Shown piece after piece: positions 1-9,782 of a stretch of DNA of 64,000 nt. This DNA comes from an uncultured Ignavibacteria bacterium (lineage in GTDB: Bacteria > Bacteroidota > Ignavibacteria > Kapaibacteriales > UBA2268): assembly GCA_903862655.1 (NCBI GenBank), contig CAIOZA010000015.1, forward strand, positions 24,324 to 88,323, in the 5' to 3' direction. A program made the translations under genes and the position numbers. The notes beneath the pieces are model-generated. The model saw nothing but the letters and a program-made list of their open reading frames with translations, had not been told where the DNA came from and did not search any database. How positions within the stretch are numbered: position 1 is the stretch's first letter; every line of letters begins with the position of its first letter.

Positions 1-2856
1 GTTGCCGAGTAAATTCAGCTTAACGTTGTTGTAGCCTTTGTACTGTGAAGTACCATCGCCACCGGCCATAATACCGGCAACTGAAGCTGTAGAATTTGTT
101 ATGCTGAATATTCTATTGCCAACAACGTTGATATTTTCTTCGAATCCTAAGTAAATACCTGCTCTGGCTACATTGGAGATTGTGTTATTGCTGATTTCAT
201 TATTAATGTTATAAAATCTTGCATAATCGCCTGTGTTTTCACGAAGAAGCTGACCAATACCAAGTGAAACGATACCATATCCGAAACCTGAAATTTCGTT
301 ATTTGATATCTTGTTGTTTGCATTTGGAATTGTATCTATTCTCATCAGCTGAGCTTGTTCAGTTCCTGCTAATGTTGAACGGTTTACGATACCTGCTGAA
401 TAACCATAATTGGTTGCTCCTACAAGCAATGTGTCAGCCTGGAATGTAAATCCACTTATCTGGTTGTAAGCTGTCATTGGCATCCATATCTTACTTGCAA
501 GATTTGTTGATGCGTTTTCAATAATGACATTTTGTATTGTTATGTTTTTCGAGCCGCGTCCAAGATAAAATGCATTTGCTGTTGCGGTTGAATAACTGTT
601 AACTCTGAATTTTAATGCTTTCTGTGATCCACCATCAAATGTGATATAACCCGGTGAATTTACGTATTTTCTTGCAATGCTACCCATTGACTGATACTGA
701 TAATAAATTGAATAAGGATTTGCATTAGTCATTGATTGACCAAAAACAATACCTTTTCCATTTGGAGTATACAAATCAATTAAAACGGATCCTTTGCTGA
801 TTGCCTTAGCCTGTGAAGGTTTCCAAGTAATTGTATTTGCTGTCTGAGTTGTTGCATCCCAACCTAAGTTGATAATATATGTTGAGAAATCCCATGCTGG
901 GAAATCTGATCTTGATCCCTGAACTTTATAATAACTGTCTGTTAGTAGGAATGTTACAGAGTGTGCCAAACCACGATCATATAATGTGTTCATTACAGAA
1001 TCTATTGTTGGGAAGTTTCCGCCTGCGCCTACTGTATAAGTTCCTTCTAATCCGCCGTCAACTGTGAATGTTGATCTAACTGTATCGTCTGCTCTGAGTG
1101 GATCATCAGGATGTACAATTATCAATTCTGCCTGATAAGCACCTGATTCACGAATAGTCATAACTTCGAACTCTGCATCCTTTACATTATATCTGCCGGA
1201 TGGGATATCCTGAACAAGTATTGTACTCTGATATACCAAAACTCCGGTTGAAGTCTTCTTGATGTTAAGCTTAGCTGGAACGTCAGAAGCATCATAAACA
1301 CCCATATTTCTGAACTCACCAAGCGGAATAATCGGTCTGTTGCCAACTACTAAAGCTCCTGGTGCTGGACGAAGCATCGCAACTGCTTGCAACTGTGTTT
1401 CGTATGCAACTTCAAATGTGTAATTTGTTTCGTCAGAACGAGGAATGGTGTTGTTAAACGCATCCTGATCCTGCTCGTAATATACATTAAAGTAAGCCTT
1501 GTAAACGCCAACATTTAGCAAATGGATATTTCCAAATTCAATATCAACTTTAGCTGTTGAACCTATAGGATAATCAGATGGATTATTGTTTGCATCCCAA
1601 TGTCTTGTCAATCTGGATATAGTATCACCTGCAGCATCAACAATAAATGCATTTGCCACGAAGTCATAAACAGCATTTAATCCAACATTCTGGAATTTAC
1701 CGGAAACAGTAATAAGATTGTTTCTCAAATATTTATGGTATCTTGGTGCTATGTTATTTTTTGGAGAAATAATTTCACTGGATGCCATATCATAATCATG
1801 GGCAAGAGTGAATGTGCTGTAGGAAGCACCCGGGCAACCTGCGCCTGACACCTCGATTGCAAGTTTGTATTCACCGCCTAGATTACCGATAAAGGAACCA
1901 TCACTACGTCCAAAAGCAAATCTTGCATTTTCGGCAGTGTGTGTCTTGGAAGCTGTGCCAAAAGGAACATTTGGTGAACCTGTTGGGTCTAGCATTTCAT
2001 ATACAAGATTTGTAGATGGCTTAGGACCGGTTATTCTGTAATTTAATATTGCTCCTGGAGGCTGGATAGCTCCCATTGTAGCACTTGGCTTTGGTTTTCC
2101 TGTTGAGCCATCATAAAGTGTGTTTACTAACAATATACCATTAACTGCAGGGAATGATCCTTCCATATCTGGGATAAAGTTAAGTACGTAATCTTCGGTT
2201 TCACCATAGTTATAATAATAACCATAACTGCCATAGTCATAGTATGGACCATTAATACAAGCATTACTTCCGTTGTCAGCTTGTGAGGTTTCCGACAATC
2301 TCATTAATGTTTTTCCAACTGGTGTTGTACATGGTACAGAAAAAGTCCATGCTGCAGTAAAGGTATAAGAACCGCCTGTCGGGCTAGTGTTACTATACGC
2401 AGTTGTATAAACTGTTGCATTGTTAAGAAATTCACCGGCATTGGCAAAGCTGCCATTCATGTTCCAGTCGACGAATGCTCTGCAATAGTAGGCCCAATTA
2501 TATGAGCCGTAAGGATATAATGGGTAACCCGTCATGGTTACTGTATATTGTTTACCGATTTTCAAATTAACTTCTGCACCGGTGTTGTAGTAACATGCAT
2601 CAATGCCAGAAGAACGAGTAAAAATTACCAGACCGCTTGCTGTTTCTTTAAATTCAACCTTGCTAATGTAACCCAAATAACCCCAATCGATGTTGCCGCA
2701 ATATGATGTCATATAGGACGCAGGAGCCGGGTAAGTTGTACAGTAGCCACTTGGCTGTGCAACTGCTTCTTGAATCACCAAGAATCCGAGTAAAAGTGCA
2801 ACTGCGAGAATCAATCTCTTAATCCCAGCCCTTGCAATTGGTTTTGAATTGTTCAT
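1..2856 (-). CDS. Large secreted/surface protein (partial, 3' end outside window): signal peptide, GEVED domain, Ig-like segments and parallel beta-helix repeats
   Basis: Absent from the ORF track because it runs off the window. ATG at 2856 with GGGAG RBS. Hand translation starts MNNSKPIARAGIKRLILAVALLLGFLVIQEAVAQPSGYC, contains RAFVDWNMNGSF...GETEDY (GEVED signature), YTVGAGGNFPTID and NNEISNNTISNVARAGIYL. The frame was spot-checked at ~2205, ~1053 and ~36. Confidence 0.85.
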   Translation of the reverse strand, partial: MNNSKPIARAGIKRLILAVALLLGFLVIQEAVAQPSGYCTTYPAPASYMTSYCGNIDWGYLGYISKVEFKETASGLVIFTRSSGIDACYYNTGAEVNLKIGKQYTVTMTGYPLYPYGSYNWAYYCRAFVDWNMNGSFANAGEFLNNATVYTTAYSNTSPTGGSYTFTAAWTFSVPCTTPVGKTLMRLSETSQADNGSNACINGPYYDYGSYGYYYNYGETEDYVLNFIPDMEGSFPAVNGILLVNTLYDGSTGKPKPSATMGAIQPPGAILNYRITGPKPSTNLVYEMLDPTGSPNVPFGTASKTHTAENARFAFGRSDGSFIGNLGGEYKLAIEVSGAGCPGASYSTFTLAHDYDMASSEIISPKNNIAPRYHKYLRNNLITVSGKFQNVGLNAVYDFVANAFIVDAAGDTISRLTRHWDANNNPSDYPIGSTAKVDIEFGNIHLLNVGVYKAYFNVYYEQDQDAFNNTIPRSDETNYTFEVAYETQLQAVAMLRPAPGALVVGNRPIIPLGEFRNMGVYDASDVPAKLNIKKTSTGVLVYQSTILVQDIPSGRYNVKDAEFEVMTIRESGAYQAELIIVHPDDPLRADDTVRSTFTVDGGLEGTYTVGAGGNFPTIDSVMNTLYDRGLAHSVTFLLTDSYYKVQGSRSDFPAWDFSTYIINLGWDATTQTANTITWKPSQAKAISKGSVLIDLYTPNGKGIVFGQSMTNANPYSIYYQYQSMGSIARKYVNSPGYITFDGGSQKALKFRVNSYSTATANAFYLGRGSKNITIQNVIIENASTNLASKIWMPMTAYNQISGFTFQADTLLVGATNYGYSAGIVNRSTLAGTEQAQLMRIDTIPNANNKISNNEISGFGYGIVSLGIGQLLRENTGDYARFYNINNEISNNTISNVARAGIYLGFEENINVVGNRIFSITNSTASVAGIMAGGDGTSQYKGYNNVKLNLLGN

Positions 2857-3180
2857 AGTGAACTCCCTAAAAAAATTTAACAAAATGTTAACTATAAAAA
2901 TAAATTTGCTTTCTAAATGTAAGAACGGGTTTCAGGTACTTTAGTTACACTTTGACTTTTGATGCACTAAAAACTATCTAATTTAAATGTAACTGTTTTA
3001 TTCTATGCGCTTTTTCCGCAAATTCAATTTAAAATAATATACTTTATTATAATCACAAAAAGTGTAATTATTTTTGCATAGTGTAAGATTTATTGAACTT
3101 TTTTTTAAAAAAGTGTGTAAGATTTAGCAGAGTGTGTAAAAAATTACACACTCTGCCCTTTTTGGGGGTTAGTTTATACT

Positions 3181-3212
3181 AAAAAATCCCTTGTCGACTG
3201 AAAAGGGATTTT
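3181..3212 (-). terminator. Probable intrinsic terminator downstream of tnaA
   Basis: AAAATCCCTT...AAGGGATTTT stem with a T-run on the minus strand, about 25 nt after the tnaA stop. Confidence 0.6.
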
Positions 3213-3235
3213 AATAATTAGGGACTAAAAATGGA

Positions 3236-4606
3236 TCAAATATAATCGAATTTAGCTGTAAAGTGCCTCAGGAAGGGTGCTTCGTAAGTTATTTTCATTT
3301 TTCTAAGTTTGTCTTTTTCCTTGAATACTTCTATAATGGCTTCGGCAGTGTATTCTATGTGGCTTTTTGTGTAAACTCTTCTGGGTATTGCTAATCTTAC
3401 TAATTCCATATTAGGAGCAATATGATTCCCATTCTCATCAGTCTTGCCAAACATTACTGAGCCAATTTCAACTGATCTTATACCACCCTTGATATAAATT
3501 GCACACGAAATAGCCTGTCCCGGGAAATACTTTGGTTCAATATGAGGAGCAAATCGCTTTGCATCAAGATAAACAGCATGTCCGCCGGTTGGCACAAGGA
3601 TAGGAACACCTTCACCTGTGATTAAATCTCCCAGCATTTTCACCTGACCAACTCGGTATCTCAGATAATTCTCATCGAGTACTTCTTCGAAACCAACCGC
3701 CAGAGCCTCAAGATCACGACGCGCCAAGCCACCATAAGTAACAAACCCTTCTGTTACGATCAAGATAACTTTAGCTTTTTCTGCCCAATCATCATTATTC
3801 AATCCTATGAATCCGCCTGTATTTGACAATCCATCTTTCTTGGCACTCATCGTACATCCGTCAGCATAGCTGAACATTTCCTGAGCGATTTCCTTTATTG
3901 TTTTATCCTGATATCCGGCTTCTCTTTGCTTGATAAAATAGCAATTCTCGGCAAAACGACAGCAATCAAGGAACAAAGGAATACCATATTGTGAAACCAA
4001 TTTTTTGGTCTCACGAATATTTTCCATAGAAACAGGCTGTCCGCCACCACTGTTATTTGTTACTGTAATCATAACAATCGGGATTCTGTCGGCTCCAACT
4101 TTTTCGATAAGATTTTTCAGTGCATCAATATCGATATTTCCTTTGAAATCGGCCTCAATTTCAGGATTGATCCCGATTGCTGTTGGCAGATCGACAGCTT
4201 CAACACCCAAAAACTCTAAATTGCCGCGTGTTGTGTCGAAGTGAGTGTTATTCGGGACTACTTTTGTTTTATCCCCAATCACTCCAAAGAGGATTCTTTC
4301 TGCGGCTCTTCCCTGATGAGTTGGAATTATATATTTAAATCCTGTAATTTCCTGAAGAATTTTCTCGAATTTATAATAACTTTTTGAACCGGCATAGGAT
4401 TCATCGCCATCCATCACCTGAGCCCACTGACGTGAACTCATTGCCGTTGTGCCGGAATCCGTCAGATAATCTAACGTTACATAGTCAGACCTCAGAGAGA
4501 ATGTATTATAATCAGCATCTTTAAGATATTTTTCCCTATCGGATTCGGTTGTCATTGGAATGTGTTCAACCGATTTAATTTTGAAAGGTTCAATCAATGT
4601 TTTCAT
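3236..4606 (-). CDS. tnaA: Tryptophanase (PLP-dependent beta-eliminating lyase)
   Basis: EPFKIKSVE N-terminus, LTDSGT, THQGRAAE, PLP-lysine motif SAKKD and C-terminal LRHFTA. The His here is typical of tryptophanase rather than tyrosine phenol-lyase. Confidence 0.88.
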   Translation of the reverse strand: MKTLIEPFKIKSVEHIPMTTESDREKYLKDADYNTFSLRSDYVTLDYLTDSGTTAMSSRQWAQVMDGDESYAGSKSYYKFEKILQEITGFKYIIPTHQGRAAERILFGVIGDKTKVVPNNTHFDTTRGNLEFLGVEAVDLPTAIGINPEIEADFKGNIDIDALKNLIEKVGADRIPIVMITVTNNSGGGQPVSMENIRETKKLVSQYGIPLFLDCCRFAENCYFIKQREAGYQDKTIKEIAQEMFSYADGCTMSAKKDGLSNTGGFIGLNNDDWAEKAKVILIVTEGFVTYGGLARRDLEALAVGFEEVLDENYLRYRVGQVKMLGDLITGEGVPILVPTGGHAVYLDAKRFAPHIEPKYFPGQAISCAIYIKGGIRSVEIGSVMFGKTDENGNHIAPNMELVRLAIPRRVYTKSHIEYTAEAIIEVFKEKDKLRKMKITYEAPFLRHFTAKFDYI

Positions 4607-4702
4607 ATTCAGCCTAAGTACAGTAAATCAAAAAATTGAAAAAATTTAAGTCGCAAATTACCAAAATTTTACGACTAATATTATCTTAATAAACTATTCC
4701 CG

Positions 4703-5761
4703 TTATTTATTTTTGATGGAGATTAATTCGCCAACATATTGAACAAGTGAAGTAAGCCTGGAGTAATTCATACGCTTAGGACCGATCAACCCGATTGATC
4801 CTTCTGCATTTCCCATTCTGTATGTTGTAACGATCAGACTGTAATCATCCAGGATTTGATTGTGCATTTCGCTTCCGATTAAGATTCTCGGTTCACCGGC
4901 TTCTGTTTCGATTTTATCCAGTATATGAATAATAACATCTTCGTTTTCTACCAACTCGATTACAGATTTAACGCGTTGAACGTCTTCAAATTCAGGATAG
5001 TCAAGCATGTGCTGAGTACCGGTTATGTGGATTCTGTCGGTTGATGCGTAACTTTCGAACAATTTATCAATAGAATCAACAAATAATCTGATTAAAGGTG
5101 CTTTGCCATAACTTCCTTCGGAAACCATTGCCTGAAAATTATCCTCAACGAACTTTAGACTTTTACCGCTGACTTTTTCATTCATAAATGTTGCCATCTT
5201 CTCCAGTTCAGAAGGCTGGATTTCAAATTCAGCTTCCAGTGTAACAGTACGGACTATCTTTGAATCCAAAGCGATAACAACCAGAACCCTGTTGCTTGCG
5301 AGTGAAATTAATTCAATTTTTTGTATAGCTAAATCTGTAAAATGAGGTATTGCGACTACACCTAAGCAACGCGACAACATTCCAAGGAGCTTCGAGGCAT
5401 CCTTGAGCACATTATCAGGTGTGATTGTTGCGACATTTCCTATTAATTTCTGGATTTCATGTTCAGAAAGCAACTCAGTCTGCATGAGAGTGTCAACGTA
5501 ATATCTGTAGCCTTTGTCTGTTGGTATCCTGCCTGCGGATGTGTGTGGATGGCTGATGTACTCCATTTCCTCGAGATCGGACATGATATTTCTTAGGGTT
5601 GCCGGGCTAAGCTTTAGTTCATGTTCAAGATATTTACTGAGGGTTCTCGAACCGACAGGCAGTGCATTCAGAATGTACATGTGAATAATCGTACGGAGAA
5701 TGTCCTTTTCTCTGTCCGAAAGATTCTTATGCGAGGTTATTATACTACTTGCAGCTGCCAT
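4703..5761 (-). CDS. hrcA: Heat-inducible transcription repressor HrcA
   Basis: PVGSRTL, SPATLRNIMSDLEEMEYISHPHTSAGRIPTDKGYRYYVD and GLIGPKRMNY motifs. Confidence 0.96.
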   Translation of the reverse strand: MAAASSIITSHKNLSDREKDILRTIIHMYILNALPVGSRTLSKYLEHELKLSPATLRNIMSDLEEMEYISHPHTSAGRIPTDKGYRYYVDTLMQTELLSEHEIQKLIGNVATITPDNVLKDASKLLGMLSRCLGVVAIPHFTDLAIQKIELISLASNRVLVVIALDSKIVRTVTLEAEFEIQPSELEKMATFMNEKVSGKSLKFVEDNFQAMVSEGSYGKAPLIRLFVDSIDKLFESYASTDRIHITGTQHMLDYPEFEDVQRVKSVIELVENEDVIIHILDKIETEAGEPRILIGSEMHNQILDDYSLIVTTYRMGNAEGSIGLIGPKRMNYSRLTSLVQYVGELISIKNK

Positions 5762-5931
5762 AATGCGTATAAACTTTCACAAAAATGAATTGTACTAACT
5801 GTGTAATGTCAAATTATAACTTTTTTCAAATATACAGAAAAAAACTTTTTTTTTCCTATCCTACATCAGCGATAGCTTTAAATTTTTAAATTTGTAATAA
5901 ATTAAAATTGAAAATTGAAGGATAAATAAAA

Positions 5932-6687
5932 ATGAAACCAAATAAAATTCAAATATTTATATTATTGACACTCTTATCCGGTATGCTCTTATCTTGCAGT
6001 TCGAATAAATCCGATGATTTATCACAAACAGTTGACAAAATATGCTTAGAATTAAAACAGAGTTTAACGCCGCAAGCTCTAAATAATTCAGGTGTTATCT
6101 TTAAAACTGAATATCTTAATAAGCAAAAACTTCAGTCCGGAGATTTAGCTGAAAAATATGCTGCTTTCCGTCCATGTTTTGGATCATTAAACTATAAAAT
6201 TTCCGTTCTACCCGAGAATCCAAATTCAATAATTACCGGAGATATGAATCAATATTTCACAATCGGAACTCCACCGACAGAGCTTATTTTGGAAGGTGAT
6301 GCCATACCGGCTTTCAATATTCATTTCACATTCTCTGTAACAAAAAAACTGCTCGATACAATCAAACTGGAGATAAACGGTAATCTTCATCTATTAGATG
6401 AGAATTCGAATATTGTCAAATCTTACAATCTTTACCCTACCCCGGACTTCTATCGATTTTTGAAAATCGGTAACGGTGATTTTAAGTACACAGCATTTCT
6501 TTCCCCAATGTGGAATCCATTTGATGACAATCCTTTCCCAAAAGCAGCAGAAACATTAACTCAGATGCTAAAGGTTAAGAAATACAGACTTGAAATCACT
6601 AGTACTAAATCTATCAAAACTAAATCAGCTCGAGAGAAAATCGACCAGCAGGATGGAGAAATTCTGGATAAACTTTTGATTAAATAA
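5932..6687 (+). CDS. Hypothetical lipoprotein
   Basis: Hydrophobic signal with lipobox LLSC; no recognised domain. Confidence 0.7.
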   Translation: MKPNKIQIFILLTLLSGMLLSCSSNKSDDLSQTVDKICLELKQSLTPQALNNSGVIFKTEYLNKQKLQSGDLAEKYAAFRPCFGSLNYKISVLPENPNSIITGDMNQYFTIGTPPTELILEGDAIPAFNIHFTFSVTKKLLDTIKLEINGNLHLLDENSNIVKSYNLYPTPDFYRFLKIGNGDFKYTAFLSPMWNPFDDNPFPKAAETLTQMLKVKKYRLEITSTKSIKTKSAREKIDQQDGEILDKLLIK

Positions 6688-6732
6688 CCCTAAATGCCCA
6701 CTGGATAATCTGAATCTGCGATTCCTGCTGGT

Positions 6733-6917
6733 GAGACGTCGCGAAAAGCCAGATTTAGATGTCATTCCGAACGCAGTGAGATGCCGTAGGCCTAGCGTAG
6801 CGAATCCATGTATTTGTATTGTCCTGTAAAAACAGCCTGGATGCGCTTCGCAGTCCTTCGAAACTCACGGTCGCTACGCTCCCTCAGATGACATAATCAT
6901 AGTTTTCACACAGTCTC
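6733..6917 (+). mobile_element. MITE-like non-autonomous element, copy 1
   Basis: Imperfect terminal inverted repeats GAGACGTCGCGAAAA ... TTTTCACACAGTCTC. The 3' ~80 nt are nearly identical to 23376-23457. Internal GTCATTCCG...GATGAC palindromic module. Confidence 0.6.
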
Positions 6918-6942
6918 ATACTCAGGATTAACAAAACGAAAA

Positions 6943-9177
6943 TTATTTAAATCTATTCTTCAAATCATCAAGTGAATTTTTCTTTTCTGCTTTAAATTCT
7001 TCCACTAATTTTTTGGCTCCCAGATTCTTAGGATTTCTCATTGACAGACTAATTCTCTTAAGTCCCTCATTAACGTCAACCACAGTAACCTTAACGATCT
7101 GACCAACTTTCACAATCTCCGCCGGATTTTTAACAAACTTATCAGCCATTTCCGATACATGCACTAGTCCATCCTGATGAACTCCAATATCCACAAATGC
7201 GCCGAAGTTTGTTATGTTTGTGATTACCCCCTCGAGTTCCATCCCATTCTTCAAATCAGAAATTTTTGTTACCCCGTCGGAAAATGTTGCATAGCTGAAC
7301 ACTTCTCGCGGATCACGTCCGGGCTTTCTCAGTTCAGTAACAATATCCGCCAGGGTTGGCAATCCAACTTTATCGTTCACATATTTATTCAGATCAATAT
7401 TTTCGAAAAGTTCCGGAAATATTGTCAAATCTTTTATCGGTTTATTTAAATCTTTAGCAATATTTTCAACGATATAATAGCTTTCGGGATGAACAGCTGT
7501 ATTATCCAGTGGATTTTTTCCATTCCGGATTCTAAGAAATCCTGCGGAAAGCTCAAATGCTTTTGGGCCGAACTTCCCAACCTTCAGCAGTTCCTTTCTG
7601 CTAGAAAACGCGCCGTTCTGATTCCGCCATTCGATTATGTTCTTGGCTATTCCTGAATTTAAACCGGAAACATAAGATAGTAGCTCCTTTGATGCCGTAT
7701 TCAGGTCAACTCCAACGTAGTTCACACAGCTGACAACAGTTTCATCCAGTTTCTTCTTCAGTAAATTCTGATCAACATCGTGTTGATATTGACCTACTCC
7801 GATTGACTTAGGATCAATCTTAACGAGTTCTGCCAGTGGATCCTGCAAGCGTCTTCCGATGCTTATTGCACCCCTCACTGTCAGATCGAGGTCGGGGAAT
7901 TCTTCATTGGCAACCTTGCTGGCAGAATAAATAGATGCTCCCGATTCGTTTACTAAAACTTTAACAGGTTTCGGTGTGAGATCAGCAAGCAGCTTAGTCA
8001 CAAACTCATCAGCTTCTCGTCCTCCGGTACCATTGCCGATGGCTATTAACTCAATATTATATTTAGAGATAAGATGTTTAATTATTTTCTCTGCATCTGA
8101 TTTTCTATTATTTTCAAATGGGAAGATAGTGTGATATTCCAGAAACTTGCCTGTGCTATCCATCACAGAAACCTTACATCCGGTTCTGAAACCAGGATCA
8201 ATTCCGATTGTGGGCTTCATTCCGGCAGGTGACGAAAGCAATAACTGACGCATATTTGATTCGAAAACGCGAACAGATTCTTCGTCTGCTTTCTCCTTTT
8301 TCAAAAATCGGACTTCAGCGGTGATGGATGTCTTCATCAGTCTGTTGAATCCATCTTTTACCACATGTGAGTAAAAATCAATAAGATTTTGCTTAGTCGA
8401 GAAAATCAATTTATAGTTGAAATATTTGAGTATATACGCTTCGTCAAAATTCAAATCAAGATCAATAATGCCTTCAGTTTCACCACGCCTTAGAGCAAGC
8501 ATAGTGTGAGCCTGAACAGAAGTAACTGTAGCCTCAAATTTACGGTACATTTCGTACTTAGTTGTTCCTTCGGCATGTTCCGGTTTAATCTTCGAAACAA
8601 ATAATCCTTCCCTCAATAAATACTCTCTCACCCATGAGCGGAGGTCTGCAGTTTCGGCGATTTCTTCCGCCAAAATATCAGAGGCTCCCCTTAGAGCTTC
8701 ATCGGCAGAGTTAACACCTTTTTCGGCATCGATGAATTTTTCACCTTCGGACTCAAGATTGAGATCAGGAGCATCAGCTCGGTTATACTCTTTAATCAGG
8801 ATTGCCAGAGGTTCAAGACCTTTCTCTCGTGCAATTGTAGCGCGTGTCAGCTTTTTGGGTTTATATGGCAGATAGAGATCTTCGAGTTCCGTTTTTTGTA
8901 AACAGTCTGTAATCCTGTCTCTAAGCTCATCAGTCAGTTTACCCTGCTCTTCAATTGATTTTAGAATCGTTTGTTTCCTGGCTTCAATTTCAGTAAGATA
9001 GTCGAACCTGTCGAACAAATCCCTGAGAACGTTTTCGTCAAGTTCACCGGTGCGTTCTTTTCTGTATCGCGCTATGAAAGGGATTGTACCGCCTTCTTTC
9101 TTCAAGTCGAGAGAATTATCCACCTGCCATGGCTTTAATTTAAGTTCACCTGATATTTGCTTGTTTATATCAATCAT
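6943..9177 (-). CDS. tex: Tex RNA-binding transcriptional accessory protein
   Basis: GTIPFIARYRKERTG, LEDLYLPYKPK, GIDPGFRTGCK, IGVGQYQHDV and C-terminal S1 domain (FGAFVDIGVHQDGLVHVSE). Confidence 0.95.
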   Translation of the reverse strand: MIDINKQISGELKLKPWQVDNSLDLKKEGGTIPFIARYRKERTGELDENVLRDLFDRFDYLTEIEARKQTILKSIEEQGKLTDELRDRITDCLQKTELEDLYLPYKPKKLTRATIAREKGLEPLAILIKEYNRADAPDLNLESEGEKFIDAEKGVNSADEALRGASDILAEEIAETADLRSWVREYLLREGLFVSKIKPEHAEGTTKYEMYRKFEATVTSVQAHTMLALRRGETEGIIDLDLNFDEAYILKYFNYKLIFSTKQNLIDFYSHVVKDGFNRLMKTSITAEVRFLKKEKADEESVRVFESNMRQLLLSSPAGMKPTIGIDPGFRTGCKVSVMDSTGKFLEYHTIFPFENNRKSDAEKIIKHLISKYNIELIAIGNGTGGREADEFVTKLLADLTPKPVKVLVNESGASIYSASKVANEEFPDLDLTVRGAISIGRRLQDPLAELVKIDPKSIGVGQYQHDVDQNLLKKKLDETVVSCVNYVGVDLNTASKELLSYVSGLNSGIAKNIIEWRNQNGAFSSRKELLKVGKFGPKAFELSAGFLRIRNGKNPLDNTAVHPESYYIVENIAKDLNKPIKDLTIFPELFENIDLNKYVNDKVGLPTLADIVTELRKPGRDPREVFSYATFSDGVTKISDLKNGMELEGVITNITNFGAFVDIGVHQDGLVHVSEMADKFVKNPAEIVKVGQIVKVTVVDVNEGLKRISLSMRNPKNLGAKKLVEEFKAEKKNSLDDLKNRFK

Positions 9178-9431
9178 GTAACATTATAATTTTTTGGTAA
9201 AACACTCAATGAAAATTACAAAGAATGTTGAATATTACAAAGACATGCGGGTAATTTGTTTAGGTGGAGAATTTGTCAATAAATTAGGAATACTTTTGTC
9301 TGAACAGGGATTCTTGTGATTTTTGGGATTAAAGACATGATTAAATGCAGTTCAAATTATTCATTAATTCGGGAAACCCACCAACCCCATTTGAAAAAGG
9401 GGGTTGGTTAACTCTCTTTAAAACATTATGG

Positions 9432-9577
9432 AATCAATAGCCACGAGCTTTAGCTCATGGAAATATTTCTAATTATTTTCATTGACTTTAGACGAAATTA
9501 CACTTTTTGTTGGGATAAATCCCCAAATAAAATCATTTTTTCTTTTCACCACGAGCTAAAGCTCTTGGCTATTGATT
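9432..9577. repeat. REPIN-like inverted repeat pair with 29-bp arms
   Basis: AATCAATAGCCACGAGCTTTAGCTCATGG (9432-9460) matches the reverse complement of 9549-9577 with 2 mismatches. Each arm is itself a hairpin. Confidence 0.8.
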
Positions 9578-9672
9578 GATTTACAAAGAATGAACCAACT
9601 CTGCGTACGGGACGGCAGATAGTTTTGTTAGGTTTTACATATTGCTATCAATCTGTTGTCCCAATGGAATAG

Positions 9673-9762
9673 AATACATGGATTTCTCACTTTGTTCGAA
9701 ATGACAGGCTCAATAGATTCGCTTCGCCTGGACTACGGCACCTCACTGCGTTCGTAACGACA
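9673..9762 (-). repeat. Palindromic repeat related to the internal module of the 6733/23308 elements
   Basis: Minus strand GTCGTTACGAACGCAGTGAGGTGCCGTAGTCCAGGCGAAGCGAATC resembles 6761-6808 GTCATTCCGAACGCAGTGAGATGCCGTAGGCCTAGCGTAGCGAATC. Confidence 0.75.
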
Positions 9763-9782
9763 GAGAAAAGCTCATAAGATTT

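Noticed and set aside
219-1067. Short plus-strand ORFs (219-449, 879-1067) and the many other 60-175-aa track ORFs overlapping larger genes
   Set aside because: They are antisense or alternate-frame shadows of well-supported CDSs.
3236-4606. Tyrosine phenol-lyase call
   Set aside because: SAKKD and LRHFT match tryptophanase; TPL typically has SGKKD and LRFF.
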